Part shown: positions 38,519 through 48,357 of the stretch, piece by piece
Layout of the letters: every line of letters begins with the position of its first letter
Position numbering within the stretch: position 1 is the stretch's first letter
NCBI GenBank assembly: GCA_963755715.1
Contig: CAVWLW010000024.1
Coordinates: 32,001 to 96,000 of the forward strand
DNA: 64,000 bases
Direction: 5' to 3'
DNA from: an uncultured delta proteobacterium
GTDB taxonomy: Bacteria; Desulfobacterota; Binatia; UBA9968
Position numbers and translations under genes: made by a program
The notes under the pieces: model-generated
What the model saw: the letters and a program-made list of their open reading frames with translations, nothing else
Told to the model about the DNA's origin: nothing
Databases searched by the model: none

Positions 38519-39580
38519 TTATGAATCCGACTCTTTGAGAATATCTTTGATGCGTCTAATGACATCGGGCGGCTGGGTGACGGTTTTCTCGATTTTTTGC
38601 TGAAGATCGGCGCCGCTGAAATAACTCGCACCGTCCCAATCAACGAGCTTCTTTGCTTCCTGCTGAAAGCTGGCATCGGTTAACATTTTTTCAAAACCGT
38701 CGCGCAGTAGCTGGAGTTTGTCCCGCGGCACGCCGGGCGAAGTCGCAAAGGGCCGATCGAAATCGGTGTAAGCGACCATAATCTCCATGAGACTGAGCGT
38801 CGCCTTGGCGCTGGCGGGGGCAAGTTCATGAATGGTCGGGACGGTGTCCGGCAACACGCGGCTTTTCGCCGGACCTTGTTGAATCACGAAGGCGATGTAG
38901 CCTTGCTGCACCCAGGTCGGCCAAGGTGGCCTGACCAACGTGATATCCGATGTGGCCCGGCAGTCCGCTTCGCCGCGCTCCAAGCCGAGATCGATCTCGC
39001 GCGCCGAGCCATAGCCGGTCACGTGCTTGACTTTAAAATCTAAAATCTCGGCGACCAGATTGCTGAAGACAAAACTGATGCTGCCGGTGCCGCCTTCGCC
39101 GAAGCGCGGCGGATTTTTTGCCTTGCGCATCGCCTCGATGCTGGTGTGCGGCGAATCTTTGCGGCATGCGATCATCATCGGCGCGCGATTGAAGCTGCCC
39201 ACCCAGTTGAGTTTGCGGAAATCGAGCTTGACTTCCGGCCGCCCGACCATTTGCTCGAGATAGTTAGCGCGATTGACGGCCAAGATCGTCAGACCGTCCG
39301 GCTTGGCGATGTTCGCAAGATAATTTGCCGAAACGATGCCGCCGGCTCCCGGCATATTTTGCGCGATGATGTTTGGATGGCCGGGGATATATTTGCCGAG
39401 ATGGCGCGCCGCCAAGCGCCCGGCCACATCGGTGGCGCCGCCCGGCGAGGTCGAAATGATCATGTTGATCGTCTTGCCTTCATAGAAAGGACGCGCTGCT
39501 GCGGTCTCGCCCGCGGCAGCGCCGTATAACTCCAACACCAAGATTGCGAAAAAAATCGGACGACGTAAATAGCGACGCAT
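38519..39580 (-). CDS. Bug/TctC-family tripartite tricarboxylate transporter binding protein
   Basis: Signal peptide; FYEGKTI..SPGGATD, QNMPGAGG, KPDGLT and LERGEAD. Confidence 0.88.
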   Translation of the reverse strand: MRRYLRRPIFFAILVLELYGAAAGETAAARPFYEGKTINMIISTSPGGATDVAGRLAARHLGKYIPGHPNIIAQNMPGAGGIVSANYLANIAKPDGLTILAVNRANYLEQMVGRPEVKLDFRKLNWVGSFNRAPMMIACRKDSPHTSIEAMRKAKNPPRFGEGGTGSISFVFSNLVAEILDFKVKHVTGYGSAREIDLGLERGEADCRATSDITLVRPPWPTWVQQGYIAFVIQQGPAKSRVLPDTVPTIHELAPASAKATLSLMEIMVAYTDFDRPFATSPGVPRDKLQLLRDGFEKMLTDASFQQEAKKLVDWDGASYFSGADLQQKIEKTVTQPPDVIRRIKDILKESDS

Positions 39581-39778
39581 GTTTTGTCCTCGTATCTATG
39601 AAGCTTTCTTAGTTAAGAAAAAGGAAATCGCCGCGCGGGCAGCAATTCGTCGCTGAGCTCCGCGGCGAATCCCGGTGCACAGCAATTTTATCCAACTTGA
39701 CAGCAGCCGGTTTGCTGACATATCTCAAAAATGTTCGGGACTGCAAGAGCGAGTGTGGTCAATTCTTAGCCAGGAGGT

Positions 39779-40763
39779 ATGCAAATGACAGATTTTCGCG
39801 GCGCCGCGAAAGCCCTGCATATCGCAACTTATTCAGGCTGGTATCGCTTCGAACAACGTAATGGTCAGTGGGCGCAGACCGAGAAGGCGCTGACTTTCTG
39901 GAAGATGACCGCGCTTCAAGTCGATCCGAATGATCCACGCCATATCTACGTGGCGACCGAACATTCCGGTCTCTTTGTCTCTGCCGATGGTGGCGCGGCC
40001 TGGCAACGGGCAAATCCCAACGTGCCGCGCTTGACGACGGTTTCCTTGCTCGCGCTTCCCGGAGCCATATTTGCCGGCACCGTGCCGGCGGCGCTTTACC
40101 GCGCGTCGAACGGCGGCGCCTGGCAGGAGCTGGAAGGCGTGCGCGCCGGCGCGCACGGCGGCAGTTTCCCGCCAAGCCCGGAGTTGGGCGCGCGCACGCG
40201 CTTTATCGCCGCCGACAACGTAGACGCCGCGCCGATTTTTTGCCGCCATCGAAGTCGGCGGCATGCTCGTCAGCGACGATGAAGGGCGGCATTGGACTCC
40301 CGCCGTGGCGGGATTGGACGATCCTGACGTGCATCAAATTCTCCCGAGCTCGCGAACCAGAGGACTTGTCGTCGCCGCTTGCGGCGAAGGTATTTATCGG
40401 AGCTTGGATCGCGGCGAGCATTGGGAAAAAGTTACGCCGAGCGGAGCGCGTGATTTCGGCTCAGCGGTCACCGAAGACGGCACTGGTGCGATTTATCTTG
40501 GCTTAGCGCTTGGCCGGCCAAACACTTGGCTGCGCAAACAGCGCGCCGACGCGGCAATTTTCGTCAGCAAGGACGGCGGCGCGCATTGGGACAGCGCGAC
40601 CGCAGCGTTGAGTGGCGGGGTGATGGCCATGTGTCCGGCAGTCGGCGGCGAGGGTGTCTTCGCTTCGACATCGGAAGGCGACGTCTTGCAGGTCGACTCA
40701 TCCGGCGCGCGCAAGATCATCGGCGGGCTGCCGTCTATTACGGCGCTTGCCGTGGGCGCGTAA
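39779..40763 (+). CDS. BNR/Asp-box repeat beta-propeller protein (Ycf48/sialidase-like), frameshifted
   Basis: Repeated SxDGGxxW boxes (SADGGAAW, SDDEGRHW, SLDRGEHW, SKDGGAHW); indel at about 40240; AGGAGG RBS. Confidence 0.82.
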
Positions 40764-40768
40764 AAAAC

Positions 40769-41812
40769 TTACTTGCGCGAGATCTGCAGCAGGAGCTTGT
40801 TCCATCTCTCGACCGTGTTGGCGTATTCATAGGTCGACAGACCCTGCTCCGGATACCAGCGCTTGAAACCGGAGTCTTTGCGCGCCGTACCGTAGCCGTA
40901 TTTTTCTGAAAACAATTTTTGGCCTTCGGGGCCTATCATGAAATCGATGAACAAGAGCGCTGCGTGAGGATGTTGCGTGTGTAGGAATGCCGCCAAGCTG
41001 CCCGCATTGGTGGGCACAAGGTCGCCGGGAAGCCACGCCACCGGCGCGCCTCTGGCCGCGGCCAACCTGACGTTGCTGTCGACGGCGGTAAACGAGAGCG
41101 GCACCTCGCCGGAAACGATCAACTCATTCAAGCCGAGCGCCGGCAGCGCATATTGTTTGATGTCCTGAGCCGCTAACTTCTTGACGAAGCCATCGCCTTT
41201 TTGTTTGAGCATGGCGCCGACGACTCGGCTGCCCATTTCCTCATTGCTGATGCCGATCTTGCCTTTGAGCGCGGGCTTCAAGAGATCATCGAAGCTTTTC
41301 GGCACATCGGCATTCGGAATAGCATTCTTGTTGTATCCGATACCGGCATACGATTCGCGATCGACAGTCGTGTAGAACAAACCGGCCGGCGCCTTGTCCT
41401 TCGAGCCTTCCGGATAGTCGCCGAGGTGCGGCGAATTGTACGGCAGCAGAAGTTTATTATCGCGCACGAGCATCAAGGAACCGGGAGTGGTCTCGATGGT
41501 ATCGACGATGTAACGCTTGGCTTGAGCCTCGCTCAAGATTCTGCTCGCCAGATTCACCGCCGGCGCGCGATAGAGCTCAACGGAGACGCCGGGATATTTC
41601 GTTTCGAAAGCCTTCGCCATCTCTTTGTACACGGTAAGCGACGTGTACCAGACAAGCTTGCCTTCGTTCTTGGCGCCTTCATAAAGCACGCGCTCGCGGT
41701 CGGCGCCCAGATACTTTGCCAGGTCGGCGGCGGTCTTGGGCTGCGCGGACTGGCACCATGCGCTTCCCAACATGTTCGCCATCAGGAGAATCGCAAGGAG
41801 CGACGTTTTCAT
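40769..41812 (-). CDS. ABC-type extracellular solute-binding protein (AfuA-like); paralog of 4240..5294
   Basis: GAKNEGKLVWYTS, HPHAALLFIDF and GFKRWYPEQGLS shared with the 4240 gene; ATG 41812 after GGGAGG. Confidence 0.88.
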   Translation of the reverse strand: MKTSLLAILLMANMLGSAWCQSAQPKTAADLAKYLGADRERVLYEGAKNEGKLVWYTSLTVYKEMAKAFETKYPGVSVELYRAPAVNLASRILSEAQAKRYIVDTIETTPGSLMLVRDNKLLLPYNSPHLGDYPEGSKDKAPAGLFYTTVDRESYAGIGYNKNAIPNADVPKSFDDLLKPALKGKIGISNEEMGSRVVGAMLKQKGDGFVKKLAAQDIKQYALPALGLNELIVSGEVPLSFTAVDSNVRLAAARGAPVAWLPGDLVPTNAGSLAAFLHTQHPHAALLFIDFMIGPEGQKLFSEKYGYGTARKDSGFKRWYPEQGLSTYEYANTVERWNKLLLQISRK

Positions 41813-41938
41813 TTCTTGCCTCCCGAGATGCTGCGCTGCTTTTGCTAGCAATATTCAATAACGGAGTGCTATGTCAATTGTAGCAAAGGCGAAACCCAAC
41901 ACGATTCGGGAAACATAAATAAAAAAGGAGATGAAAAC

Positions 41939-42757
41939 ATGTCGATGAATTACGAAACTTTACTTGTGACGAAAGAAAGCGGCATAACGACGATTGCGTT
42001 CAACCGTCCGGAAAAGCGCAACGCGATGAGTCCGCAACTGCACGGCGAAATGTTCGATCTGCTCACGGATCTGCGCTACGACAAGGAGACGCGCGTGATC
42101 GTGCTGACCGGCGCCGGTGAAAACTTTTGCGCGGGCCAGGATCTAAAGCAGTACTCCCTTGAGATGGAAAGCCAGCCCGAGCGCGTGCGCGACGAGGTGC
42201 GCGAGAAAGTGCGGCGCTGGCGCAACGAGATGCTGAGAACTTTACCGCAGCCGGTGATCGCGCGCATCACCGGCTGGTGTCTCGGCGGAGCATTGACGGT
42301 GACCGCCGGATGCGACATCGCCATCGCTTCGGAGGAAGCGCTCTTCGGTCTGCCGGAAGTCAACTTCGGCCATTTCCCCGCCGGCGAAACCACTGCCGTG
42401 TTGACCGAACATCTTCAGCCAAAACACGGTCTTTACTATGCGCTCACAGGAAAAATGATGTCCGCGAAGGACGCCGAGCGCATCGGTTTGATCTCGAGGG
42501 TCGTGCCACGCTCGGAATTAGACAAGGAAGTGGCGGAGCTGGCAAAATGCCTCGCCGAGAAAAGTCCGATGGCACTGAAGGCCGTGAAAGAAGCGTGGTA
42601 TTACAGCTGGTATTCGCCGCCGGATGTCGCCTTCGAGCTTTCCAACTTGATTTCCCAGCGCACGATTCGCGAACATGGCGGCCGACCCGGCCTGGAGCAG
42701 TTCGTTCAGAAAAAACTTCGACCCGTGTCGGGCGTCATGAATTTGCAAAAAGAGTGA
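41939..42757 (+). CDS. Enoyl-CoA hydratase/crotonase, hydroxycinnamoyl-CoA hydratase-lyase-like
   Basis: NRPEKRNAMSP, AGQDLKQY, GWCLGG, FGLPEVNFG and LYYALTGK resemble HCHL/Ech. Confidence 0.8.
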   Translation: MSMNYETLLVTKESGITTIAFNRPEKRNAMSPQLHGEMFDLLTDLRYDKETRVIVLTGAGENFCAGQDLKQYSLEMESQPERVRDEVREKVRRWRNEMLRTLPQPVIARITGWCLGGALTVTAGCDIAIASEEALFGLPEVNFGHFPAGETTAVLTEHLQPKHGLYYALTGKMMSAKDAERIGLISRVVPRSELDKEVAELAKCLAEKSPMALKAVKEAWYYSWYSPPDVAFELSNLISQRTIREHGGRPGLEQFVQKKLRPVSGVMNLQKE

Positions 42758-43104
42758 GCGGCGCCGCGATATTTTTCGGTGATTTTGTTCTTAGATAGCT
42801 ATTGCGTTGCTATCGAGAACGCTACGCCCGCTTTGGAAGCGGCGCCGCGCCATGCGAACGAGGCCGGGTGTAGCGTCGTCAGCTTGATTTTCCCGAGCGA
42901 ACATCGCGCGCAGATTAAAATCAACCGCCGAGCGTAGTCGTTCTTGCGCTCGCGCCGCGTAGCTGTGCAAACTTCGATCGTTGCGTTTCGCGTCGGTATT
43001 CTTCTCTTTTTTTCCTCCAATTTGTATCGAAACCTCTTACATATTTTGAGGCATCGGAAGCGCTGATACGGCAATTTCGCTGCGATCATTTCGTTGTTCG
43101 TTCG

Positions 43105-43120
43105 TGGCATATGCTTTGCT
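43105..43120 (+). promoter_or_regulatory. sigma54 (-24/-12) promoter
   Basis: TGGCAT-ATGCT-TTGCT, about 95 nt upstream of ATG 43216. Confidence 0.75.
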
Positions 43121-43215
43121 GACGAGACATCTGCGTGGACGAACTACTCGAAACTCGCCCGTGATTGTTCAGACCGGCGTCTGCTCACACAGTCGCCAAA
43201 AAATGGAGAAACGTT

Positions 43216-43836
43216 ATGGACACTCAAATGTGGATTGTCATTGTCGCTGTTCTCGTCGGCATTATTATTCTGCTCGGCGGACTGCTTTTTATGCAGAGAC
43301 ACCGTTCGCGGCATCTACAGGAGCGCTTCGGCCCGGAGTATGACCGGACTATACGCAAGTATGGCGATCAAAAAGATGCCGAGGCAGAGCTTTTAGCGCG
43401 CGAGCAGCGGGTCACCAAACTGCATATCGTTCCACTTTCCGCGGCGGACGCAGCCCGGTTCACGGAAGCCTGGCGTTCGGTGCAAAACCGTTTCGTTGAC
43501 GATCCCAAGGAGGCCGTGCAAGACGCTGATCGCCAAGTGCTCGAATTAATGCAACGGCGCGGTTATCCGACCGGCGACTTCGAGCAACGTGCGGCGGATC
43601 TTTCTGTCAGCCATGGCGCAGTGATCGATCATTACCGAGCGGCGCACGCGATCATTCGCGCGGATCAGGGAGGGCGAGCGAGCACAGAGGATCTAAGGAA
43701 GGCAATTGTCCATTATCGCGCGATTTTTGACGAACTGCTCGATACGCACAAATCAGAGACGAAGATTCACCAGACTGAAAAAAAAGGAGGTTGGCAATGG
43801 AAAACAGGGAGAGACATCTTTCGACGGCCGATATAG
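43216..43836 (+). CDS. Membrane-anchored hypothetical protein (RFGPEYDR / FVDDP / STEDLR motifs)
   Basis: N-terminal TM helix followed by a helical domain; GGAG RBS. Confidence 0.8.
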   Translation: MDTQMWIVIVAVLVGIIILLGGLLFMQRHRSRHLQERFGPEYDRTIRKYGDQKDAEAELLAREQRVTKLHIVPLSAADAARFTEAWRSVQNRFVDDPKEAVQDADRQVLELMQRRGYPTGDFEQRAADLSVSHGAVIDHYRAAHAIIRADQGGRASTEDLRKAIVHYRAIFDELLDTHKSETKIHQTEKKGGWQWKTGRDIFRRPI

Positions 43837-44234
43837 CAGCGTCTTCTGAGCAACCGGAAGTTCAGCCCGAGCGGGTGGACTCGGCCCATAGGCATGAAGG
43901 GGCGATTGCTTTAGGGGAGGGCAGGCCGAACAGCCGGGAAACGGCGATCTAAGAAATGATCAATCGGTGCCGTTGTTTTCTAATGATTCGATTCAGGGTT
44001 TTCGCTCTCGGTGGACCGCGTTGCAGACTGGTTTTGTCGATGAGCCGCGACGATCCGTCGAGCAGGCGGATGAGCTTGGTCGCCGAGGTAATAAAGGATT
44101 TGGCATCGACTTTTGCCGATGAGCGGACAAAACTGGAACGCCAATGGGATCAGGGAGATAAAGTTTCGACTGAAGACTTGCGCTTAGTGTTGCGTCGTTA
44201 TCGGTCGTTTTTTGATCGGTTTCTTTCGATCTAG
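43797..44234 (+). CDS. Hypothetical protein sharing the FVDxP...STEDLR...YRxxF domain, with two compensating indels
   Basis: AGGAGG then ATG 43797 (MENRERHLSTADIA); middle part in a shifted frame (FRSRWTALQTGFVDEPRRSVEQADEL); ends VSTEDLRLVLRRYRSFFDRFLSI. Confidence 0.7.
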
Positions 44235-44422
44235 CCAACGGACGGGGTGTGTCGGCCCGCGAGAGTTGCCTGTAGCGAAAAGCTTCGCTCGGACGGCTTA
44301 TGAATCTCTCAACGAGGTTGAGGCCGAACAGATACTTTGAACGGGATTTTGCCGTCTTTGAGCTGACCATCTTTAACGTGGCGCCGGCGGCGGAAGTGAG
44401 ACGCGCCCAGCCGGTTTAGCTC

Positions 44423-46027
44423 ATGAGAGCCGTGGTCAAAAAATCACTGTTGTCGATCGGCGGCGCAATACTCGTTTTGTTGACGCTTGTCGTCGCCGCC
44501 TCATTCTTACTCGATGAGCCGTTGCGAAAAAGAATGGAGGCGGACTTAAATAATCGATTGAAGGGCTACACCGTCCGGATCGCTCGACTCGATTTTCATC
44601 CTTTTGGTTTTTCCCTGGATCTCGAAGACACAACCATTTTTCAAAACGCTCATCCGGAACCCGCTGTCGCGAAAATCCCCAACCTGACAGCCAGCGTTCA
44701 TTGGAAGGCTCTGCTTTTTGGCAAACTCGTCGCCGATTTTGCGATCGATAATCCCATCGTGCACGTGGATCTCCGGCAATTTACGGAAGAGGCTAAAGAC
44801 GACGTGCCGATGAAAGATCGGGGCTGGCAGGACGCTTTGCAGGCTATCTATCCGCTGAAAATCAATCGATTTACAATTCACAACGGCGATTTGACCTATG
44901 CAGACAAAGGTCCGTTTAAACCGCTGCGGATTACCCGGCTCGATTTCATCGCGGAAAACATTCGCAATGTCGAATCGGCGGAAGGCTCTTACCCGTCGCC
45001 GGTTTGGGTGCAGGGGATCGTGTTCGATACGGGAAAAATAAAAATCGACGGACATGCCGACTTTCTAGCCGAGCCGCATGTGACATTAAAGGGCGGCCTT
45101 CAGCTCCAGCAAATCACGTTGGATTACTTTAAACCAATCACGGAACGCTACCAATTGTCCGTCCAGCAAGGGGTACTCTCCAGCGATGCCATGATCGAAT
45201 ACGCGCGCGAAGGTACGAACATCCAGATCAAGCAACTGACTTTAGACAAATTGGTCGCGGACTACATCCACGTCGCGGCGACCGCCCCGACTGAAAAAAT
45301 CGCCAAGGAAGCGGGGAAAGCCACGAGAGAGCACAGCAACGATCCTACGTTTGAAGTGAAAGTGGATCGTCTGCAGGTCAGAAACAGCCAGCTTGGATAC
45401 GTGAACCGCGCGGCAAAACCCGCTTACCACGTGTTTTTTACCGATGCCAATATAGATATTGAAAATCTCAGCAGTCATCTTAAAGACGGTGTTGCGCGAG
45501 GGCACGCGAGCGGACGATTCATGGGCAGTGGTCCGAGCCGAATCGACGTGGCGTTTCGACCGGAAACGAAGGGCCCGGATTTTAATCTGGCGCTGAGCAT
45601 AGAAGATACCGACATGCGCAAAATGAATAATTTGTTTCGAGCCTATGGCAACTTCGATGTGGTCAATGGAAAGTTTGCTTTCTATTCTGATCTCAAGGTG
45701 CGCCAAGGAAAAATTGACGGCTACGTAAAACCGCTGTTTCACGATATGGACGTCTACGACCATCGGCAGGACCGGGACAAGAGCTTGTTCAGGAAACTTT
45801 ATGAAGGTTTAGTTGGCGGCATCTCTGCGTTGCTGACCAATCGGCCACGCGAGGAGGTAGCGACCAAAATTACGGTTTCCGGAGATATCGAGTCGCCTCA
45901 AACCAGCACCTGGGAAACTGTCGTCCGGCTGATCCAGAACGCATTTTTCCAAGCCATCCTGCCAGGCTTCGATAGAGAAATCGCGCAAGGCAAGAATAAC
46001 CGCAACAGCCGCAGCGCTACGTCCTAA
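44423..46027 (+). CDS. DUF748/AsmA-like protein
   Basis: N-terminal membrane anchor; beta-strand-rich body; C-terminal GYVKPLF...LIQNAFFQAILPG. Confidence 0.75.
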   Translation: MRAVVKKSLLSIGGAILVLLTLVVAASFLLDEPLRKRMEADLNNRLKGYTVRIARLDFHPFGFSLDLEDTTIFQNAHPEPAVAKIPNLTASVHWKALLFGKLVADFAIDNPIVHVDLRQFTEEAKDDVPMKDRGWQDALQAIYPLKINRFTIHNGDLTYADKGPFKPLRITRLDFIAENIRNVESAEGSYPSPVWVQGIVFDTGKIKIDGHADFLAEPHVTLKGGLQLQQITLDYFKPITERYQLSVQQGVLSSDAMIEYAREGTNIQIKQLTLDKLVADYIHVAATAPTEKIAKEAGKATREHSNDPTFEVKVDRLQVRNSQLGYVNRAAKPAYHVFFTDANIDIENLSSHLKDGVARGHASGRFMGSGPSRIDVAFRPETKGPDFNLALSIEDTDMRKMNNLFRAYGNFDVVNGKFAFYSDLKVRQGKIDGYVKPLFHDMDVYDHRQDRDKSLFRKLYEGLVGGISALLTNRPREEVATKITVSGDIESPQTSTWETVVRLIQNAFFQAILPGFDREIAQGKNNRNSRSATS

Positions 46028-46272
46028 GGCTGGACGGAGTCAATCTTCACTCCTCCTGCGCAATCGGAAAGACCGAGCCTCCGCGAGGACAATTCCAATC
46101 TTTATTCAAGTCTAAATTCTCCTAAACGACTCAGCTCATGTTAGAAATTGTGTAAGTAAAAACCTTTAAGCGATATTTTTGCTGTCAGAATTTTTCTGAT
46201 TTAAAGGCGATCTCGAGTGTGCAGCATGGTGTTAACGGTTGAATTCGCTTGGAAATATATTGCGCAGCCGAA

Positions 46273-46288
46273 TGGCATCTTAGTTGCT
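46273..46288 (+). promoter_or_regulatory. sigma54 (-24/-12) promoter
   Basis: TGGCAT-CTTAG-TTGCT, 30 nt upstream of ATG 46318 and preceded by an AT-rich region. Confidence 0.8.
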
Positions 46289-46317
46289 CTAGATTAGATT
46301 TTAATCGAGGAGGTAGA

Positions 46318-46713
46318 ATGAAGAGTTTTGTATTTGTTTTGCTTATTACAGTGATGACTGTTGCTTGTTCGCGTGACAAACAAAATCAATCGGCGAACGA
46401 TCGGACCTCAACCAATGTTGCGGCCGATAACAGCGGTCGCAATGCGCGGGATCGTGACGGAGCGACAAAGACCTCTGGAGATCAGTCAGAAAACGAAGCA
46501 GATCGAGCGCTCACTCAAAAAATCAGACAGGCGATCACCTCTGATGACGCGCTGTCGACGAATGGTCAGAACGTAAAGATTATTACGAGCGATGGCAAGG
46601 TGACGCTGCGCGGGCCGGTGAAAAGCGCAAAGGAGAAAGCCGATATCGCGGCGAAAGCCACACAGATTGCCGGAGTCAAACAGGTCGACAACCAATTAGA
46701 AGTTACGAATTAG
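46318..46713 (+). CDS. BON-domain (OsmY-like) lipoprotein
   Basis: Lipobox TVAC; ADNSGRNARDR; DGKVTLRGPV...GVKQVDNQLEV; GAGGAGG RBS. Confidence 0.9.
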   Translation: MKSFVFVLLITVMTVACSRDKQNQSANDRTSTNVAADNSGRNARDRDGATKTSGDQSENEADRALTQKIRQAITSDDALSTNGQNVKIITSDGKVTLRGPVKSAKEKADIAAKATQIAGVKQVDNQLEVTN

Positions 46714-46728
46714 TCAAGGAGGAGTGCC

Positions 46729-47289
46729 ATGTCCAAGGCAGTATTTTGTCTCTGTGATAGCGAAAGCCAGGCGGAAATCATCGTTAACAACCTGAAAAAC
46801 GCGGGGGCGCTGAATAACGATATTTCGGTATTATTTCCTGATAAAGGCGGAACCCGGGATTTCGCCCACGAACAACACACCAAGGCTCCTGAAGGAGCGG
46901 CGGCGGGAGCAGGAGCAGGCGGTACTCTAGGCGGTATCATGGGCTGGCTGGTGGGAGTCGGCTCATTAGCAATCCCAGGCGTAGGGCCGGCCATCGCGGC
47001 CGGCCCGATTATGGCCGCACTGGCTGGGGCGGGTGTGGGGGCTGCGGTCGGCGGGTTTTCTGGGGCGCTGATTGGTCTGGGCATTCCCGAATATGAGGCG
47101 AAACAATACGAAGGTAAAATAAAAGGCGGCAACATTCTCATTTCCGTGCACACGGAAAATAGCCGGGAACGCGATCGCGTTAAAGAAATTTTTGAACGCG
47201 CCGGCGCGCACGACATTGCCTATACCGGGGAAGAAAGTATTTCGGACAAGGACAGGGCTAGGCCCGCGGGTTTTCGCGGCCACGCCTGA
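46729..47289 (+). CDS. General stress protein (YflT/17M-like) with a Gly-zipper membrane segment
   Basis: DISVLFPDK, GSLAIPGVGPAIAAGPI and GLGIPEYEAKQYEGKIKGGNILISVH; AGGAGG RBS. Confidence 0.82.
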   Translation: MSKAVFCLCDSESQAEIIVNNLKNAGALNNDISVLFPDKGGTRDFAHEQHTKAPEGAAAGAGAGGTLGGIMGWLVGVGSLAIPGVGPAIAAGPIMAALAGAGVGAAVGGFSGALIGLGIPEYEAKQYEGKIKGGNILISVHTENSRERDRVKEIFERAGAHDIAYTGEESISDKDRARPAGFRGHA

Positions 47290-47326
47290 TTGTAATTTAG
47301 GAATGTAAATAAACAAGGAGGGTTCT

Positions 47327-47644
47327 ATGGCAAAGTTTGGGAAAGTTTTAGCAACTATGGTTTTGGTGTTTACGATGGCCGGCTGTCAGGCCATGACCGG
47401 CGAAACCGCCGGGCGTAACGTCGACGATGCGACGATCACGACTTCCGTGAAGACGAAATTGGCCGCCGATAAGGTCTCGAGCCTCACACGGGTTGACGTG
47501 GATACGAACAACGGCGTCGTCTCGCTCAATGGGGTAGTAGACTCGTCCGCGCAGAAGGCTCGCGCGCAGGAACTCGCATCCCAAGTCGGAGGCGTCAGCA
47601 AGGTTGTCAACAATCTTCAAGTGCAAGGAGCTCGCGCCAATTAA
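47327..47644 (+). CDS. BON-domain lipoprotein
   Basis: Lipobox MAGC; DDATITTSVKTKL, VDVDTNNGVVSLNG and VVNNLQV. Confidence 0.9.
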   Translation: MAKFGKVLATMVLVFTMAGCQAMTGETAGRNVDDATITTSVKTKLAADKVSSLTRVDVDTNNGVVSLNGVVDSSAQKARAQELASQVGGVSKVVNNLQVQGARAN

Positions 47645-47657
47645 TTATTCTTAGTTG

Positions 47658-47684
47658 GGCGCTGCCGGCGTCGCCGGCAGCGCC
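47658..47684. repeat. Perfect GC-rich inverted repeat inside the stress operon
   Basis: GGCGCTGCCGGCG-t-CGCCGGCAGCGCC; no U-tract. Confidence 0.6.
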
Positions 47685-47710
47685 TGTGAGGTTATTGGGG
47701 AGGATAAAAT

Positions 47711-47788
47711 ATGCCTGGTAATATCTTTTACATAATCGGTGTGGTGGTAGTTGTTTTATTCATTCTTGGATATCTCGGTTTGCGATAA
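47711..47788 (+). CDS. 25-aa single-helix membrane protein (MPGNIFYIIGVVVVVLFILGYLGLR)
   Basis: GGGGAGGA RBS, ATG..TAA, wholly hydrophobic core; below the ORF-track size cutoff. Confidence 0.75.
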   Translation: MPGNIFYIIGVVVVVLFILGYLGLR

Positions 47789-47823
47789 AATCGTGGCGTA
47801 ATTCTTTAGAAGGAGAAGTTTAC

Positions 47824-48351
47824 ATGAACGAAGATATACTTGAGGGAAACTGGCGGCAATTGCGTGGCAAGCTCAGATCCTGGTGGGGCAATTTAAGTGA
47901 CGACGATTTTGAATGGATCGGCGGTCAAAAGGACCGGCTGATTGGATTGATCCAACAGAAGTATGGCTGTACGCGCGACCAAGCCGAGGAAGAAGTCGAT
48001 CATCGTTTCAGCGAATATCAGGGATTGGGCGACGATGGGCTGAGTGGAATCAAGGCGAAAACGTATGAGTTCGGCGAAACTGCCGCGAATAAAGCTCGTG
48101 GGGCCATTTCAGCGGTAGCGGACAGCGTTGAGACCGCTACTTCCTATCTGCGCGAGAATAAGTTCGAGGCGATGGCAGCCGATTTAAAGGAAGTCATTCG
48201 CAAGTATCCTGTGCAAGCGATAATACTCGGCCTCGGTGTGTTCTATCTGATGTCACGCGGTCGAAGTTATCGTCGGTTAGGCGATGTGTTGACCCGGCGG
48301 CGATCGCGGGATTTCACCGCCGCCCGGCCAGCGATCAAAGATGTGGGCTGA
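47824..48351 (+). CDS. CsbD/YjbJ-family protein with an ElaB/DUF883-like C-terminal extension
   Basis: MNEDILEGNWRQLRGK..WWGNLSDDD..GQKDRLIGLIQQKYG; later IRKYPVQAIILGLGVFYL; AAGGAG RBS. Confidence 0.85.
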   Translation: MNEDILEGNWRQLRGKLRSWWGNLSDDDFEWIGGQKDRLIGLIQQKYGCTRDQAEEEVDHRFSEYQGLGDDGLSGIKAKTYEFGETAANKARGAISAVADSVETATSYLRENKFEAMAADLKEVIRKYPVQAIILGLGVFYLMSRGRSYRRLGDVLTRRRSRDFTAARPAIKDVG

Positions 48352-48357
48352 CTTCTT

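Noticed and set aside
42799-43110. 103-aa minus-strand ORF (also 49377..49610 and 59445..59657)
   Set aside because: No motifs, atypical composition and no good RBS; they occupy presumed upstream regulatory regions
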